64,000 bases of DNA. Origin: Sulfurimonadaceae bacterium (lineage in GTDB: Bacteria; Campylobacterota; Campylobacteria; Campylobacterales; Sulfurimonadaceae). Both the position numbers and the translations under genes were made by a program. The DNA is taken from positions 30,525 through 94,524 of the forward strand of contig JBFFUI010000004.1 in assembly GCA_041571435.1 (NCBI GenBank), read 5' to 3'. This document shows positions 19,581 through 29,847 of this stretch, in pieces. Numbering within the stretch: position 1 is the stretch's first letter; each line of letters begins with the position of its first letter. Below the pieces are notes generated by a model. That model ran no database searches, had not been told where the DNA came from, and was given only the letters and a program-made list of their open reading frames with translations.

Positions 19581-22226
19581 TTATCCTTGTAGTGCGCCAA
19601 GCTGATCTTTGATCTTGGCCTGTTTGTCTGTCGCGTCCGCTAGAGCGGCTTTGTTCTGCTCGATCACTTCGGCAGGGGCGTTGGCAACAAAGCGTTCGTT
19701 GTTCAGCATACCGTTGAGTTTACCGATCTCTTTGTCAAGCTTTTCGCTCTGCTTGGTCAGTTTGGTAATGATCGGTGTCAGGTCGATGCTCGCCGTCGGT
19801 ATAAAGGTCTCACAGTGATCCGAAATATCGCTGACGGCATTTACGATCTTCTCGGAGGTAAAGGCGATCTCATCAACCTTCGCCAATTTGGCGATAAACG
19901 GAGTCATCATCTCGATGGTCTCATCATCGATACCGTCGATTTTGACAAAGGCTTTTTCGATCTTCTGGTTGGCCATGTCGACAAGGACTTTCGCCCGTCG
20001 GATAGAGACGATGGCATCCATGATGATGTTGAAGGTCTCTTCCTCTTTGTCACGTTTTCTAGTCTTGGTCGGATACGGCATAACCATGATCGATTCAGAG
20101 GTCTCAAGCGACGTGCCTGAGAGTTCATGGTAGAGGTACTCTGTAACAAACGGCATGAATGGGTGCAGCAGCTTCATCGACTCTTTAAAGATGGCACCGA
20201 GTTCGATAACACTTGCTTTATCCGCTTTGCTGAGCTCGATTCCCCAGTCACAGAACTCATTCCAGATAAAGCGGTAGATGGTCGTCGCAGCATCATTGAA
20301 GCGGTAAGCATCAAGTGCCTCACGCGCCTCTTTGGTCGCCTGGTTAAGACGGGAGACCATGTATTTTCCAAGCGGTGTGTCCATACAGAAACCGTCAAGG
20401 TCAGGAAAGGTGTCGACATTCATCTGCAGGAACTTTGCCGCGTTATAAAGCTTGTTGGTAAAGTTACGGTTGAGCTCCAGTTTTTTGGGACTCATACGGA
20501 TGTCACGACCCTGTGCGGCAGAGACGGCAAGAGTAAAGCGCAGGATGTCCGCACTGAATTCATTGACCATGTCCAACGGATCGATGACGTTGCCTTTCGA
20601 TTTGGACATCTTCTGGCCGTGTTCGTCACGCACAAGAGCATGAAGGTAGATGTCGTTGAACGGCAGCTCTTTTTTGAAGTGCTCACCCATCATCATCATA
20701 CGGGCAACCCAGAAGAAGAGGATGTCAAAACCGGTGATCAGCAGTGAGTTCGGGTAGAAGTCCTTGATGTCCTGCGATTCGAACGTATTGTCCATCTCGG
20801 TATCACCGTTGCCCCAGCCAAGTGTCGAGAACGGCCAAAGTGCTGACGAGAACCAGGTGTCTAGGACATCTGGGTCCTGTGTGATGTTTTTGCTGGCACA
20901 TTTAGGACAGGCCTCCGGTGCATCCTCTTGCGAAGCGAACTCATGGTCACAGTCATCACAGTAGAAGACCGGGATGCGGTGCCCCCACCAGAGCTGACGC
21001 GAGATACACCAGTCGCGAAGATCACCCATCCAGGCGTTGTAGGAGTTGATCCAGTGAGGCGGATGGAAGGTTGTCTCACCGTTGTTGGTCTTTTCGATGG
21101 ACTGTTTGGCCACCTCGGAGCGGACAAACCACTGCTTGGAGATGTACGGTTCGACGATGTTCTTACATCGGTAACAGTGACCGACCTGGTGAACGTGGTC
21201 TTCGACCTTCTCCATAAAGCCCTCTTCTTTAAGACGCTGAACGATGAGTGCACGCGCTTCCATGCGCTCCATGCCTTTAAACTCGCCGGCGTAATCGTTC
21301 AAAATACCTTTTTCGTCAAAGACGGTGATGAACTCAAGATCGTGGCGTTTACCGACCTCATAGTCATTTTGGTCGTGAGCCGGAGTGACTTTAACGATAC
21401 CTGTACCGAACTCCATATCGACATGCTCATCGGCAATAACGGCGATCTCGCGATCAAGCAGTGGCAGTTTGACCTTTTTACCGACCAGTTCTTTGTAGCG
21501 TTCATCGTCAGGATGAACCATGACAGCCGTGTCACCGAAGTAGGTCTCCGGACGTGTTGTTGCGACTGTGATATGACTTGAACCGTCCGCCATCGGGTAG
21601 CGCATGTGGTAAAAGTGGCCGTTGTGCTCTTCGTGTTCGACTTCGATGTCGGAGAGCGCACCGTCATGGGTACACCAGTTGACCATATAGTTGCCGCGAA
21701 CGATCAGACCTTCATTGTAGAGGTGGACAAATGACTCTTTGACCGAGTTCTTCAGTCCGGCATCCATCGTGAAGCGTTCACGGCTCCAGGCAGGTGAAAC
21801 ACCCATCTTGCGAAGCTGGCCGACCATGATTCCGCCGGACTCCTCTTTCCATGCCCAGACGCGCTCAAGGAATTTTTCACGTCCGAGCTCCTCTTTGGTT
21901 GTCCCTTCTGCCAGAAGCTGTTTCTCAACAACGTTCTGCGTCGCGATACCGGCGTGGTCTGTACCCGGCTGCCAAAGTGTCTTGTAGCCGTCCATGCGTT
22001 TGTAACGGGTGATAATGTCCTGTAGGGTGAAGGTGAGAGCGTGACCAATGTGGAGGCGCCCGGTGACATTTGGCGGCGGCATCATGATAGAGAAGTTCTT
22101 ATCATCTTTCTGGATCGCTTTGTTGCCGTCCACCTCAAAATAACCGCGTTCTTCCCAGATCTTGTAATAGTTCTCTTCGATTACATTGGGATCGTAAGTT
22201 GCCGCTTTTTTTGTCTCTTCTGCCAT
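19581..22226 (-). CDS. valS: Valine--tRNA ligase
   Basis: PPPNVTGRLHIGH, DHAGIATQ, DWCISRQLWWGH, KMSKS and a C-terminal coiled coil. Confidence 0.99.
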   Translation of the reverse strand: MAEETKKAATYDPNVIEENYYKIWEERGYFEVDGNKAIQKDDKNFSIMMPPPNVTGRLHIGHALTFTLQDIITRYKRMDGYKTLWQPGTDHAGIATQNVVEKQLLAEGTTKEELGREKFLERVWAWKEESGGIMVGQLRKMGVSPAWSRERFTMDAGLKNSVKESFVHLYNEGLIVRGNYMVNWCTHDGALSDIEVEHEEHNGHFYHMRYPMADGSSHITVATTRPETYFGDTAVMVHPDDERYKELVGKKVKLPLLDREIAVIADEHVDMEFGTGIVKVTPAHDQNDYEVGKRHDLEFITVFDEKGILNDYAGEFKGMERMEARALIVQRLKEEGFMEKVEDHVHQVGHCYRCKNIVEPYISKQWFVRSEVAKQSIEKTNNGETTFHPPHWINSYNAWMGDLRDWCISRQLWWGHRIPVFYCDDCDHEFASQEDAPEACPKCASKNITQDPDVLDTWFSSALWPFSTLGWGNGDTEMDNTFESQDIKDFYPNSLLITGFDILFFWVARMMMMGEHFKKELPFNDIYLHALVRDEHGQKMSKSKGNVIDPLDMVNEFSADILRFTLAVSAAQGRDIRMSPKKLELNRNFTNKLYNAAKFLQMNVDTFPDLDGFCMDTPLGKYMVSRLNQATKEAREALDAYRFNDAATTIYRFIWNEFCDWGIELSKADKASVIELGAIFKESMKLLHPFMPFVTEYLYHELSGTSLETSESIMVMPYPTKTRKRDKEEETFNIIMDAIVSIRRAKVLVDMANQKIEKAFVKIDGIDDETIEMMTPFIAKLAKVDEIAFTSEKIVNAVSDISDHCETFIPTASIDLTPIITKLTKQSEKLDKEIGKLNGMLNNERFVANAPAEVIEQNKAALADATDKQAKIKDQLGALQG

Positions 22227-22386
22227 AGGAGTGTACCTTTATAGAAAATGCTGTTTTGGTTCAAAAAAATTTAGGCGGATTATAGCCAACAAGAGGTAAG
22301 ATTCGACTAAATGATTGTCGATCCAAACCTGCCTGTTCACTCTTGTCACTTGACGATATTGATACACCACACATTAAGGAATTTTT

Positions 22387-24504
22387 TTGCCTCTATCCCG
22401 TTTAAATGATGACCAATACAAAGCGGCAACTGCACCTTATGGCGAAAACCTTATTATCGCTTCGGCGGGAACGGGGAAAACATCAACTATCGTCGGTAGA
22501 ATAGGACATCTGTTGAACAACGGTGTTAAACCCGAAGAGATACTGCTGCTGACCTTTACCAATAAGGCCGCGGCCGAGATGGTGGCGCGTGTTGCACAGT
22601 ACTTCGGTGTGCAGACCGCCGGTAAGATCGATGCCGGCACCTTTCATGCCATCAGTTACCGCTGGCTGAAGCGTTTCAACGGCAAGGTGGTGCTCAAGCA
22701 GCAGCGGGAGCTGAAGACGCTCTTTCGCAGTGTCTTTGAAAAACGTTCATTTTCGCATCTCAGCAGCGAAAATGAGCCCTACGGTGCGAACTATCTTTAC
22801 GATCTCTACTCTTTTTATCAAAACACCGAGATGTCTGAGGATTTTGAGACCTGGATCACAAAAAAACAGCCGGAACACCGTATCTATGCCATGATCTATG
22901 CGGATGTTGTGGATGAGTTTGAAGAGTTGAAACTGCAGTACGGCTTTTTGAACTTCAATGATCTGTTGATCCAGATGCGCAATATCTGTGAAAAAAAAGA
23001 GCTGGGGTACAAAGAGGTGTTGATCGATGAGTATCAAGACACCAATGCCCTTCAAGGCTCTTTGGTTGAAGCGATGAAGCCGCCCTCGCTTTTTTGTGTG
23101 GGCGATTATGACCAGAGTATCTATGCGTTTAACGGGGCAGATATCGGGATCATCGGTTCGTTTACCAAAAAGTTTGAAAAAGCGGAGGTGTATACGCTTC
23201 GCAAAAACTACCGTTCAACGGTGCCGATCCTTTCGCTTGCCAACAGGGTGATATCGCATAATGAGCGCATCTATCCAAAAGAGTTAGAAGTGACGCGTCA
23301 GGAAGAGGCACAGAAGCCAAAACTGCTGATGTATGATGAACTTTTCGACCAGTACCACGCTATTACCGAGATGATCAAAGCCTCCTCGACGGACAGAGAA
23401 GATATCGCCGTAATCTTTCGCAACAACTCGACAGCAGACGGTATAGAGGCAGCCATGCGAGAACAGGGAGTTGCCTGCAGAAGACGCGGCGGCACCAGTT
23501 TCTTTGATGCCAAAGAGATCAAGGCCATACTTGATATCTATACCTTGATGGTCAATGAAAACGACATGATGGCGTTTATCCACCTGTTTGAATTTGCAAA
23601 AGGGATAGGAAGTGCGATCGCCAAAGAGCTCTTTATCGCACTGCAGTACGTCGGTTCAGGGTCACTTCTTTACGGTATCTTTACTCCGGACACAAGCATC
23701 AGCAATCCGTTTGAAAAACGAAAGCTAAACCAGCAGTTGGGTCTGTTTGATGATTTTCTGGAGCTGGGCTCTGCAGGCCGATTCGGTTCGCTGGGGTTTG
23801 ACGCGAAATTTTTAAAAAACCCCGTGCTTAAACATCCAAAACTGACCAAAGACGGCGCAAAGTTCCTATATAACTTCACGCAGCTGCTTCGTTCTATTCA
23901 TGGACTGAAACAGCCGAAGACGATCGTCAGCAAGATCAGAACATCGGATTTTTATCACGGTATTGTCGATATACTCAGCTCCAAGCGGGCTGTTCAGGCA
24001 GATGGAACCGTCGATGAACGGCTAAAAAAAGAGTCCACAGAGCGCATCCATAATAAATCGCAGATACTCGTGGAGTTGACGCGGCCGTACAATGACCATG
24101 AACGTTTCTTGAATGCGATGATACTCGGCTCACAAGATCTGACGCAGGGTGAGGGTGTTCATCTTTTGAGTATCCATGCCTCTAAAGGTCTGGAGTACAA
24201 AGAGGTTTATGTAATTGACTTGATGGACGGACGGTTTCCGAACCGCAAATTGATGACACGCGGTGGAAGCCTCGATGAAGAGAGACGTCTCTTTTATGTT
24301 GCCGTAACACGAGCAAAAGATATTTTATACTTGAGCTTTGCCAAGTATGACAAGATCAAGAAAAGTGATTTCGTTGCGTCGCAGTTTCTGTATGAAGCGG
24401 GAATGATGCAAGAAGATGAAGCGTATAAAAAAATGCTCGAACGTGAAGAAAAGCGCAAAGAAAAAGAAGAAGCGCTAAAAGCAGAACAAGCACTTTTAGA
24501 CTAA
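22387..24504 (+). CDS. UvrD/Rep family ATP-dependent DNA helicase
   Basis: ASAGTGKT, LTFTNKAA, IDEYQD, VGDYDQSIY, NYRS, SIHASKGLE and EERRLFYVAVTRA motifs. Confidence 0.93.
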   Translation: MPLSRLNDDQYKAATAPYGENLIIASAGTGKTSTIVGRIGHLLNNGVKPEEILLLTFTNKAAAEMVARVAQYFGVQTAGKIDAGTFHAISYRWLKRFNGKVVLKQQRELKTLFRSVFEKRSFSHLSSENEPYGANYLYDLYSFYQNTEMSEDFETWITKKQPEHRIYAMIYADVVDEFEELKLQYGFLNFNDLLIQMRNICEKKELGYKEVLIDEYQDTNALQGSLVEAMKPPSLFCVGDYDQSIYAFNGADIGIIGSFTKKFEKAEVYTLRKNYRSTVPILSLANRVISHNERIYPKELEVTRQEEAQKPKLLMYDELFDQYHAITEMIKASSTDREDIAVIFRNNSTADGIEAAMREQGVACRRRGGTSFFDAKEIKAILDIYTLMVNENDMMAFIHLFEFAKGIGSAIAKELFIALQYVGSGSLLYGIFTPDTSISNPFEKRKLNQQLGLFDDFLELGSAGRFGSLGFDAKFLKNPVLKHPKLTKDGAKFLYNFTQLLRSIHGLKQPKTIVSKIRTSDFYHGIVDILSSKRAVQADGTVDERLKKESTERIHNKSQILVELTRPYNDHERFLNAMILGSQDLTQGEGVHLLSIHASKGLEYKEVYVIDLMDGRFPNRKLMTRGGSLDEERRLFYVAVTRAKDILYLSFAKYDKIKKSDFVASQFLYEAGMMQEDEAYKKMLEREEKRKEKEEALKAEQALLD

Positions 24505-24560
24505 AGACACTATCCGACAAAGTGCGCAAGAGTTGAAAATAAAAAGGAGAAGAACTCCTT

Positions 24561-25805
24561 TTATTTGCCGAGAGCAGCCTCTCCAAGACTCCACATAGGC
24601 AAGAAGATACCAAGTGCAAGCAGTAGAACCATCGCACCGATTACAAAGAGCATGATCGGCTCGATTGCTTCCTGCAAACCATCAATGATGGCATCAAAAC
24701 GCATTTTATAGTACTCCGTAACTTTTTGAAGCATATCATCGAGTGCACCCGATGACTCACCGGCTTTGATCATCTGAATGATCATATTTTCAAAAAGTCC
24801 CGTCTCTTCGAGACCCTCGTTCAGGGTGCTTCCTTTTTCTACCGCTTGGCGTATGGTGGAGAGCTTTGCTTTCAACGGCAGGTTCTCTGTCATAGCGATC
24901 GCGGTGTCAAGCGCCTCGGCAATAGGAATACCGGAACGGACCAGTTCAGAAAAGACCAGGGTGAAACGGCTTAGCGTTGAAAAAAGAATAATCCCTTTGA
25001 TAAGATAGGTACGCAATAGAAGTTGATGGACCCTATATTTGAAATCTTCATTATTTTCAATCATATACTTGAGCACAACATATATGATTGCAATGCCAGC
25101 CAAAATATAGAGACCATAGTTGAGTAGTGATTTTGACAAAAATTGCAAAATGACGGTTGGCAGCGGTAGACCAGCTTTGAACTTTGAAAAGATCATCTCA
25201 AATTTAGGAACAACAAACGTCAGCAAGATACTGAAGGCAACAGCCATTGCGATCATAACATTACGTGGGTATGCCATCGCTTTTTTGAATTTAATAACAT
25301 TTGCACGAATCTCTTCCAGCATAGTAGCCAGATTGTAGAGCGCTTCAGCCATGTTACCGGTTTTTTCACCCAGATCAATCATTGCCAGGGTCAGACCGCC
25401 AAGTTGAGAACGGTAGTTATCCATCGCATTGTAAAGGCTTGAACCGGCATTGATGTCTTCACCACACTTGGCCAGGATCTCTTTTAACGTTGGGTCTTCC
25501 GTTGCGTCGGCAAGTTCAGAAAGCGAGTCGTGAATAGAGATACCTGCGTTGGTCATGACCGCCAATTGGCGGACCGCAGCAATATGTGCATCTGGTTTAA
25601 TCTTTTTCTTTTTAGCATTTTTAAAGAGGTTTGCTTTGAATCGTTCAAACTGCTCTTCCAAAGGTGGGGAAGTCTCTTCCAGTTTGACCATAATACCGGG
25701 AAATTTGACCTTAGCCATATAGTGCGCTTCTTTTTTACTCTCAGCATAGAGTCTGTGCTCCGTTTTTTTACCGCGAGCAAGTACGGTAGCTGTAAAATGT
25801 TTCAT
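24561..25805 (-). CDS. T2SS/T4P platform protein (GspF/PilC/MshG; CtsF-like)
   Basis: RQLAVMTNAGI, GEKTG, AMAYP, VVPKF, LPLPT, AGESSG and IEP motifs. Confidence 0.93.
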   Translation of the reverse strand: MKHFTATVLARGKKTEHRLYAESKKEAHYMAKVKFPGIMVKLEETSPPLEEQFERFKANLFKNAKKKKIKPDAHIAAVRQLAVMTNAGISIHDSLSELADATEDPTLKEILAKCGEDINAGSSLYNAMDNYRSQLGGLTLAMIDLGEKTGNMAEALYNLATMLEEIRANVIKFKKAMAYPRNVMIAMAVAFSILLTFVVPKFEMIFSKFKAGLPLPTVILQFLSKSLLNYGLYILAGIAIIYVVLKYMIENNEDFKYRVHQLLLRTYLIKGIILFSTLSRFTLVFSELVRSGIPIAEALDTAIAMTENLPLKAKLSTIRQAVEKGSTLNEGLEETGLFENMIIQMIKAGESSGALDDMLQKVTEYYKMRFDAIIDGLQEAIEPIMLFVIGAMVLLLALGIFLPMWSLGEAALGK

Positions 25806-27544
25806 GATTTGACCACCCTTAAAATTTCTTCAATAGTTGAGATACCACTCACTACTTTTTTCATGCCGTTTGCAAACATTGGCTCAAAGCCTTCTTTCAA
25901 TGCTTGTTCAATCATATCATCTTTTGATGCACTTTGTGCAATCATACTTGAGAGTTGCTCCGATATAGGTAGCACTTCGGAGATCATCTCCCGTCCCATA
26001 TATCCGACACCATTGCATTCCCGACACCCGGCACCCTTGTAAAATACGGTGTCATCAGGGAGATACTGCTTGTAGCGTTCAGTGACAGCTTCCGGTAACT
26101 TCTCTTCGACCTTACAATGCGGACAGATCTTACGGATAAGACGTTGGGCCTGAATCGCAACCAAAGAACCGCTGATAAGATAGGGTTCAATTCCCATGTC
26201 GACCATCCTTGGGATTGCACTGATAGCATCATTTGTGTGCAGCGTCGAGATAACCAGGTGACCTGTCAACGCTGCTTTGATAGCAATTTCGAGTGTCTCT
26301 TGGTCACGGATCTCCCCGATCATGATCTTATCCGGATCCTGACGAAGGATAGAACGGAGTGCATCGGCAAAACTGAGCCCGACACTCGCGCGTACTTGAA
26401 CCTGTTGGATTAGGTTCATCCTGTACTCGACCGGATCCTCTACCGTAATAACTTTCTCTTCAACACTACGCAGTTCATTAAGTGCACCATAAAGAGTCGT
26501 TGTTTTACCACTACCCGTCGGACCGGTTACGAGAATAATACCATACGGTGTTTTAAGTGCAGAGTGAAGTTTTTTGTATCCAGCCTCATCCATACCGGCA
26601 TCTTCCAGACGGATCAGCGCTTTCTCTTTATCAAGAACACGCAGTACGATGGATTCACCATACATAATCGGAAGAGTCGAAAAACGGAAATCGTACTCTC
26701 TGCCGCCGACATCCGTTGAAAAACGGCCATCTTGTGGTTTTCTTCGTTCTGCGATATCGAGGTTTGCCAGGATCTTCAGACGAGAAGCAAGAGGTGGATA
26801 GATGTCTTTGTCAAAGATAAAGACCTCTGAGAGCTTACCATCGACTCGCCCACGTACGGTACAGTTGTTTTCGGTTGGCTCAATGTGAATATCACTCGAG
26901 CGGTTCTTGATACAAGCTTTCAAAATAACATCAATAAGCTGTAGAATAGAGGACGCCTGGGCCTGATCTTTATTCTGGTCAGTCCCTATGGAATTCAGTT
27001 CATTACGAATACTTACTACAAGCTCTTTGACACTGTCTTTGAGCTCAACTTTAAAGAGGTAAGCCTGGATCTGTTTTTCTGTAGCTGTTGCAATGTCCAG
27101 TGGTTTACGTGGAAAGAGACGTTGAAGGGCCTCTTGTGCTTCGATATTCAGCGGATCGGCAAAGGCAACCGTTACGGATAGGTCATTTTCCTTGATTGGA
27201 ATGGCCTGGAAACGTTTGAGTTGTGAAAGAGGGGTCCTATCAGTGAGCCTATAATCCATGTCGATCGAGTCAAGATCCAGGTATTGTATCTCCATCACCT
27301 CTGCAAGATGCTGCACGACGGCCTGTTCATTCAAAAAGTGATACTGCTTTATAATAGCCAGCTCGTAATGACCGGAACGAATCTGTTCAACAACAAACCG
27401 TTTGACAAAGTTGACAGATACCGCACCGACTTTAGTCAATGTCTCAAGGAGTGTGTCGTCTTTGACACCCACTCGGGTCAGACGCTCTATCTGCTCATTA
27501 GAAATATGGCCTTGTGCCAATAAATCATGGGTTACTCTATCCAT
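25802..27544 (-). CDS. GspE/PilB/MshE assembly ATPase (CtsE-like)
   Basis: SDIHIEP, PQDGR, GPTGSGKTTTLY, TVEDPVEY, LRQDPD, TGHLVISTLHTND and a tetra-Cys Zn motif. Confidence 0.95.
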   Translation of the reverse strand: MDRVTHDLLAQGHISNEQIERLTRVGVKDDTLLETLTKVGAVSVNFVKRFVVEQIRSGHYELAIIKQYHFLNEQAVVQHLAEVMEIQYLDLDSIDMDYRLTDRTPLSQLKRFQAIPIKENDLSVTVAFADPLNIEAQEALQRLFPRKPLDIATATEKQIQAYLFKVELKDSVKELVVSIRNELNSIGTDQNKDQAQASSILQLIDVILKACIKNRSSDIHIEPTENNCTVRGRVDGKLSEVFIFDKDIYPPLASRLKILANLDIAERRKPQDGRFSTDVGGREYDFRFSTLPIMYGESIVLRVLDKEKALIRLEDAGMDEAGYKKLHSALKTPYGIILVTGPTGSGKTTTLYGALNELRSVEEKVITVEDPVEYRMNLIQQVQVRASVGLSFADALRSILRQDPDKIMIGEIRDQETLEIAIKAALTGHLVISTLHTNDAISAIPRMVDMGIEPYLISGSLVAIQAQRLIRKICPHCKVEEKLPEAVTERYKQYLPDDTVFYKGAGCRECNGVGYMGREMISEVLPISEQLSSMIAQSASKDDMIEQALKEGFEPMFANGMKKVVSGISTIEEILRVVKS

Positions 27545-27552
27545 TTTTTTTC

Positions 27553-28101
27553 CTACCAGTATATGTGACGTATAGTCATTATTTTATCATTATATTCTTC
27601 GATTACCATTTTAGGCGAAGAACCGCTTTTAGTTATAAAAAGACGATAGCTTTTATTGACATCATTAGGATCAGTGTAATTGTAACGGCGTTTATCTTTA
27701 GAATCGGTATCGTTGGAGTATAAATCAAAAACTGTTGAAAGTACATACTCTGTCGTTGGTAACTTGATAGGTTTGAGGTCGTACTGGTCCGAAAGAGCAT
27801 GTATAAGAAGCTTCTTTTGCATCAGTATAACAGCGAAATAAGCTGCGTTTGCCCGTGCTTCAGGCGTTTTCTTTAACAATGTTATGGCAGTTGACAGTTT
27901 GTCAAGTTGATCAGAATTTAGACAAGAAAAAGCATAGAGTGAGACAAACTCTTCATCGTCTTTATATTGTTGCAACAGCTTCTCACCCGATTCACAAGCC
28001 TGTGCATACTCGCCGTTTTGATAGAGTTTGTAGGTATCCATTTTGGCATCGGCATGCATAAACAGTGGTGTAAATATCAGCAGTATTAGAAATTTCTTCA
28101 T
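27553..28101 (-). CDS. Secreted hypothetical protein within the pilus/T2SS operon
   Basis: Signal peptide; short TPR-like helix pair with two Cys; ATGA overlap with the upstream gene. Confidence 0.75.
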   Translation of the reverse strand: MKKFLILLIFTPLFMHADAKMDTYKLYQNGEYAQACESGEKLLQQYKDDEEFVSLYAFSCLNSDQLDKLSTAITLLKKTPEARANAAYFAVILMQKKLLIHALSDQYDLKPIKLPTTEYVLSTVFDLYSNDTDSKDKRRYNYTDPNDVNKSYRLFITKSGSSPKMVIEEYNDKIMTIRHIYW

Positions 28102-29045
28102 TTGAGAGTTCCTTTTTGAATTTGAACGAGTAGGATCTTCGCCTTGACTGAACCGGACGTCTTAATATAGCTTTGCAGTTTGCTGACAGCAGTGTCCTTT
28201 TCACCAAGTTTTACTAATGATTGGGCATAAAGAAGAACACCATCCTCTATATTGGGATTAATGTCGTAGGTTGCTTTGGCATAGTACAGCGATTCCTTGT
28301 AATTACCCTTTTCATAATATTCTTTTGCGACAAAAAGACTTAAAGCCGGTTTTCGCGTTTGGTTAAAGCGTTTGACAACACCGCGCAATTCATCTTCGGA
28401 AGTTTCGGACTGACCCACCTGGATTAACGTGTCCTGCGGCTCCTGATCTACGATAGCTTTGTTCGGACTGATGACAACAGTCTTTACAGGTGGTGCTGTA
28501 ACCACTTTTTTTACTGCAGGTTTAACTACTTTTTTCTCGGGAGGCTTTTTAGGTGTTGGTTTGACTGTTTTTTTAGGTTTAGCAACAGCTTTTTTCTTTT
28601 TTTTCGGCTTTGCCGCTGGGGCAGCAGTTTTTTTCGGTTTAGCTGGCGGTGTAATCTGTTCTTCTGTTGCAGGTTCTTCTGCTTCAGCTGCTGCAAGTAT
28701 TTGTGCATTATTGTAATTGATGGCTTGGTCTTCAAGGTTGTACATGAAGTCAAATGATGCAACCAATACATTCTGTTCGTCATCTTTTTCTGGCTGTGCG
28801 GTCTGCACAGGTTCAACACTCTTGTTGAGATCAACGCTCGTGTTGACATCAACTATAACAGGGACGTTAACATTCTTTGGTTCTTCTTTAAACAAAGCTA
28901 AAACTGCTTCAGGGTTTGTTACATACAGGTATGAAGATAGGCCAATAATTGCCGTTATAATAGAGGATGAGACATAAAGAGGAAGCATCTTTTTGAAGTG
29001 GTATTTTGACCACCTTTTTTCCAGATCAAGAACATCAAGCATCAA
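28098..29045 (-). CDS. Membrane-anchored TPR protein (CtsX/MshN-like) with Lys/Pro/Ala-rich linker
   Basis: N-terminal TM helix, PAKPKK-rich linker, C-terminal TPR. Lies between the ExeA-like ATPase and GspE. Confidence 0.7.
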   Translation of the reverse strand: MMLDVLDLEKRWSKYHFKKMLPLYVSSSIITAIIGLSSYLYVTNPEAVLALFKEEPKNVNVPVIVDVNTSVDLNKSVEPVQTAQPEKDDEQNVLVASFDFMYNLEDQAINYNNAQILAAAEAEEPATEEQITPPAKPKKTAAPAAKPKKKKKAVAKPKKTVKPTPKKPPEKKVVKPAVKKVVTAPPVKTVVISPNKAIVDQEPQDTLIQVGQSETSEDELRGVVKRFNQTRKPALSLFVAKEYYEKGNYKESLYYAKATYDINPNIEDGVLLYAQSLVKLGEKDTAVSKLQSYIKTSGSVKAKILLVQIQKGTLK

Positions 29046-29847
29046 TAAATCCTGTGTAGATTGCGGCCATCTCTATCAACTTTATAGGCATTGATTTTTG
29101 CTGTAACTTGGCAGGGTTGTTCTCTTCATACCAACTGCATATCTCAAAAAGCCCGTATAAAAGTTTGTTGGTGTGGCGATAATTACCCTCAGTGAACTTG
29201 TGGATAGCTTTTACAGCCTTGGGTGTGAACATATTGGCAAGGTCGAAATAGTTGGCATGTAAAAGCTTCTTATGGATATAAATCGCTAATTCGGATGCAG
29301 TAGCGTTTTGAAGCTCCTGACTCTCCCAAATACGTGTTTTGAAATGTTCTTTGGCAATAAGGTCCTCTTTTTCTGTCTTATGAAGAGCAAATATGAATTT
29401 GACTTTTCGTGAATCCGAGATAAGTCGGATCTTCTCCATTAATGGTTCAGAGTAGAGTTGTGCTTCATCAAGTATTACAATAGGTGTGGTCTCATTTACA
29501 TAATGGTTTGCAATTTCAATAAATTGGGTAAAGTTGAGTGAATCAGGTGTGTTAAAACGAAAGATCTCATAAGCCAAGACCTTAAAAAACTCACTTTCGT
29601 CTATGACAGGTATCGGTATATAGACAACTTTCTGTTGTGGTGAGAGTTCTTTATAGAGCTTGTTAAGCATCATACTTTTTCCTGTTCCCGGTTTTCCGAA
29701 AACAAGTATCATTTTGAGAGGCTTTTGGATAGCCTCTTTAAGTGCATGGTATATAGCCATGCTACGGTCAAGCTGGACATAGTCTTTTGAGTCGACAATA
29801 TCCTGAAAAACCTCCTGGGAATTGCGGAAGATCTTAGAGCTCTTCAT
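29035..29847 (-). CDS. ExeA/MshM-like AAA ATPase (CtsP-like)
   Basis: GKPGTGKS Walker A, IILDEAQ Walker B, IHKFTEGNYR. Start set at MKSSK. Confidence 0.85.
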   Translation of the reverse strand: MKSSKIFRNSQEVFQDIVDSKDYVQLDRSMAIYHALKEAIQKPLKMILVFGKPGTGKSMMLNKLYKELSPQQKVVYIPIPVIDESEFFKVLAYEIFRFNTPDSLNFTQFIEIANHYVNETTPIVILDEAQLYSEPLMEKIRLISDSRKVKFIFALHKTEKEDLIAKEHFKTRIWESQELQNATASELAIYIHKKLLHANYFDLANMFTPKAVKAIHKFTEGNYRHTNKLLYGLFEICSWYEENNPAKLQQKSMPIKLIEMAAIYTGFIDA

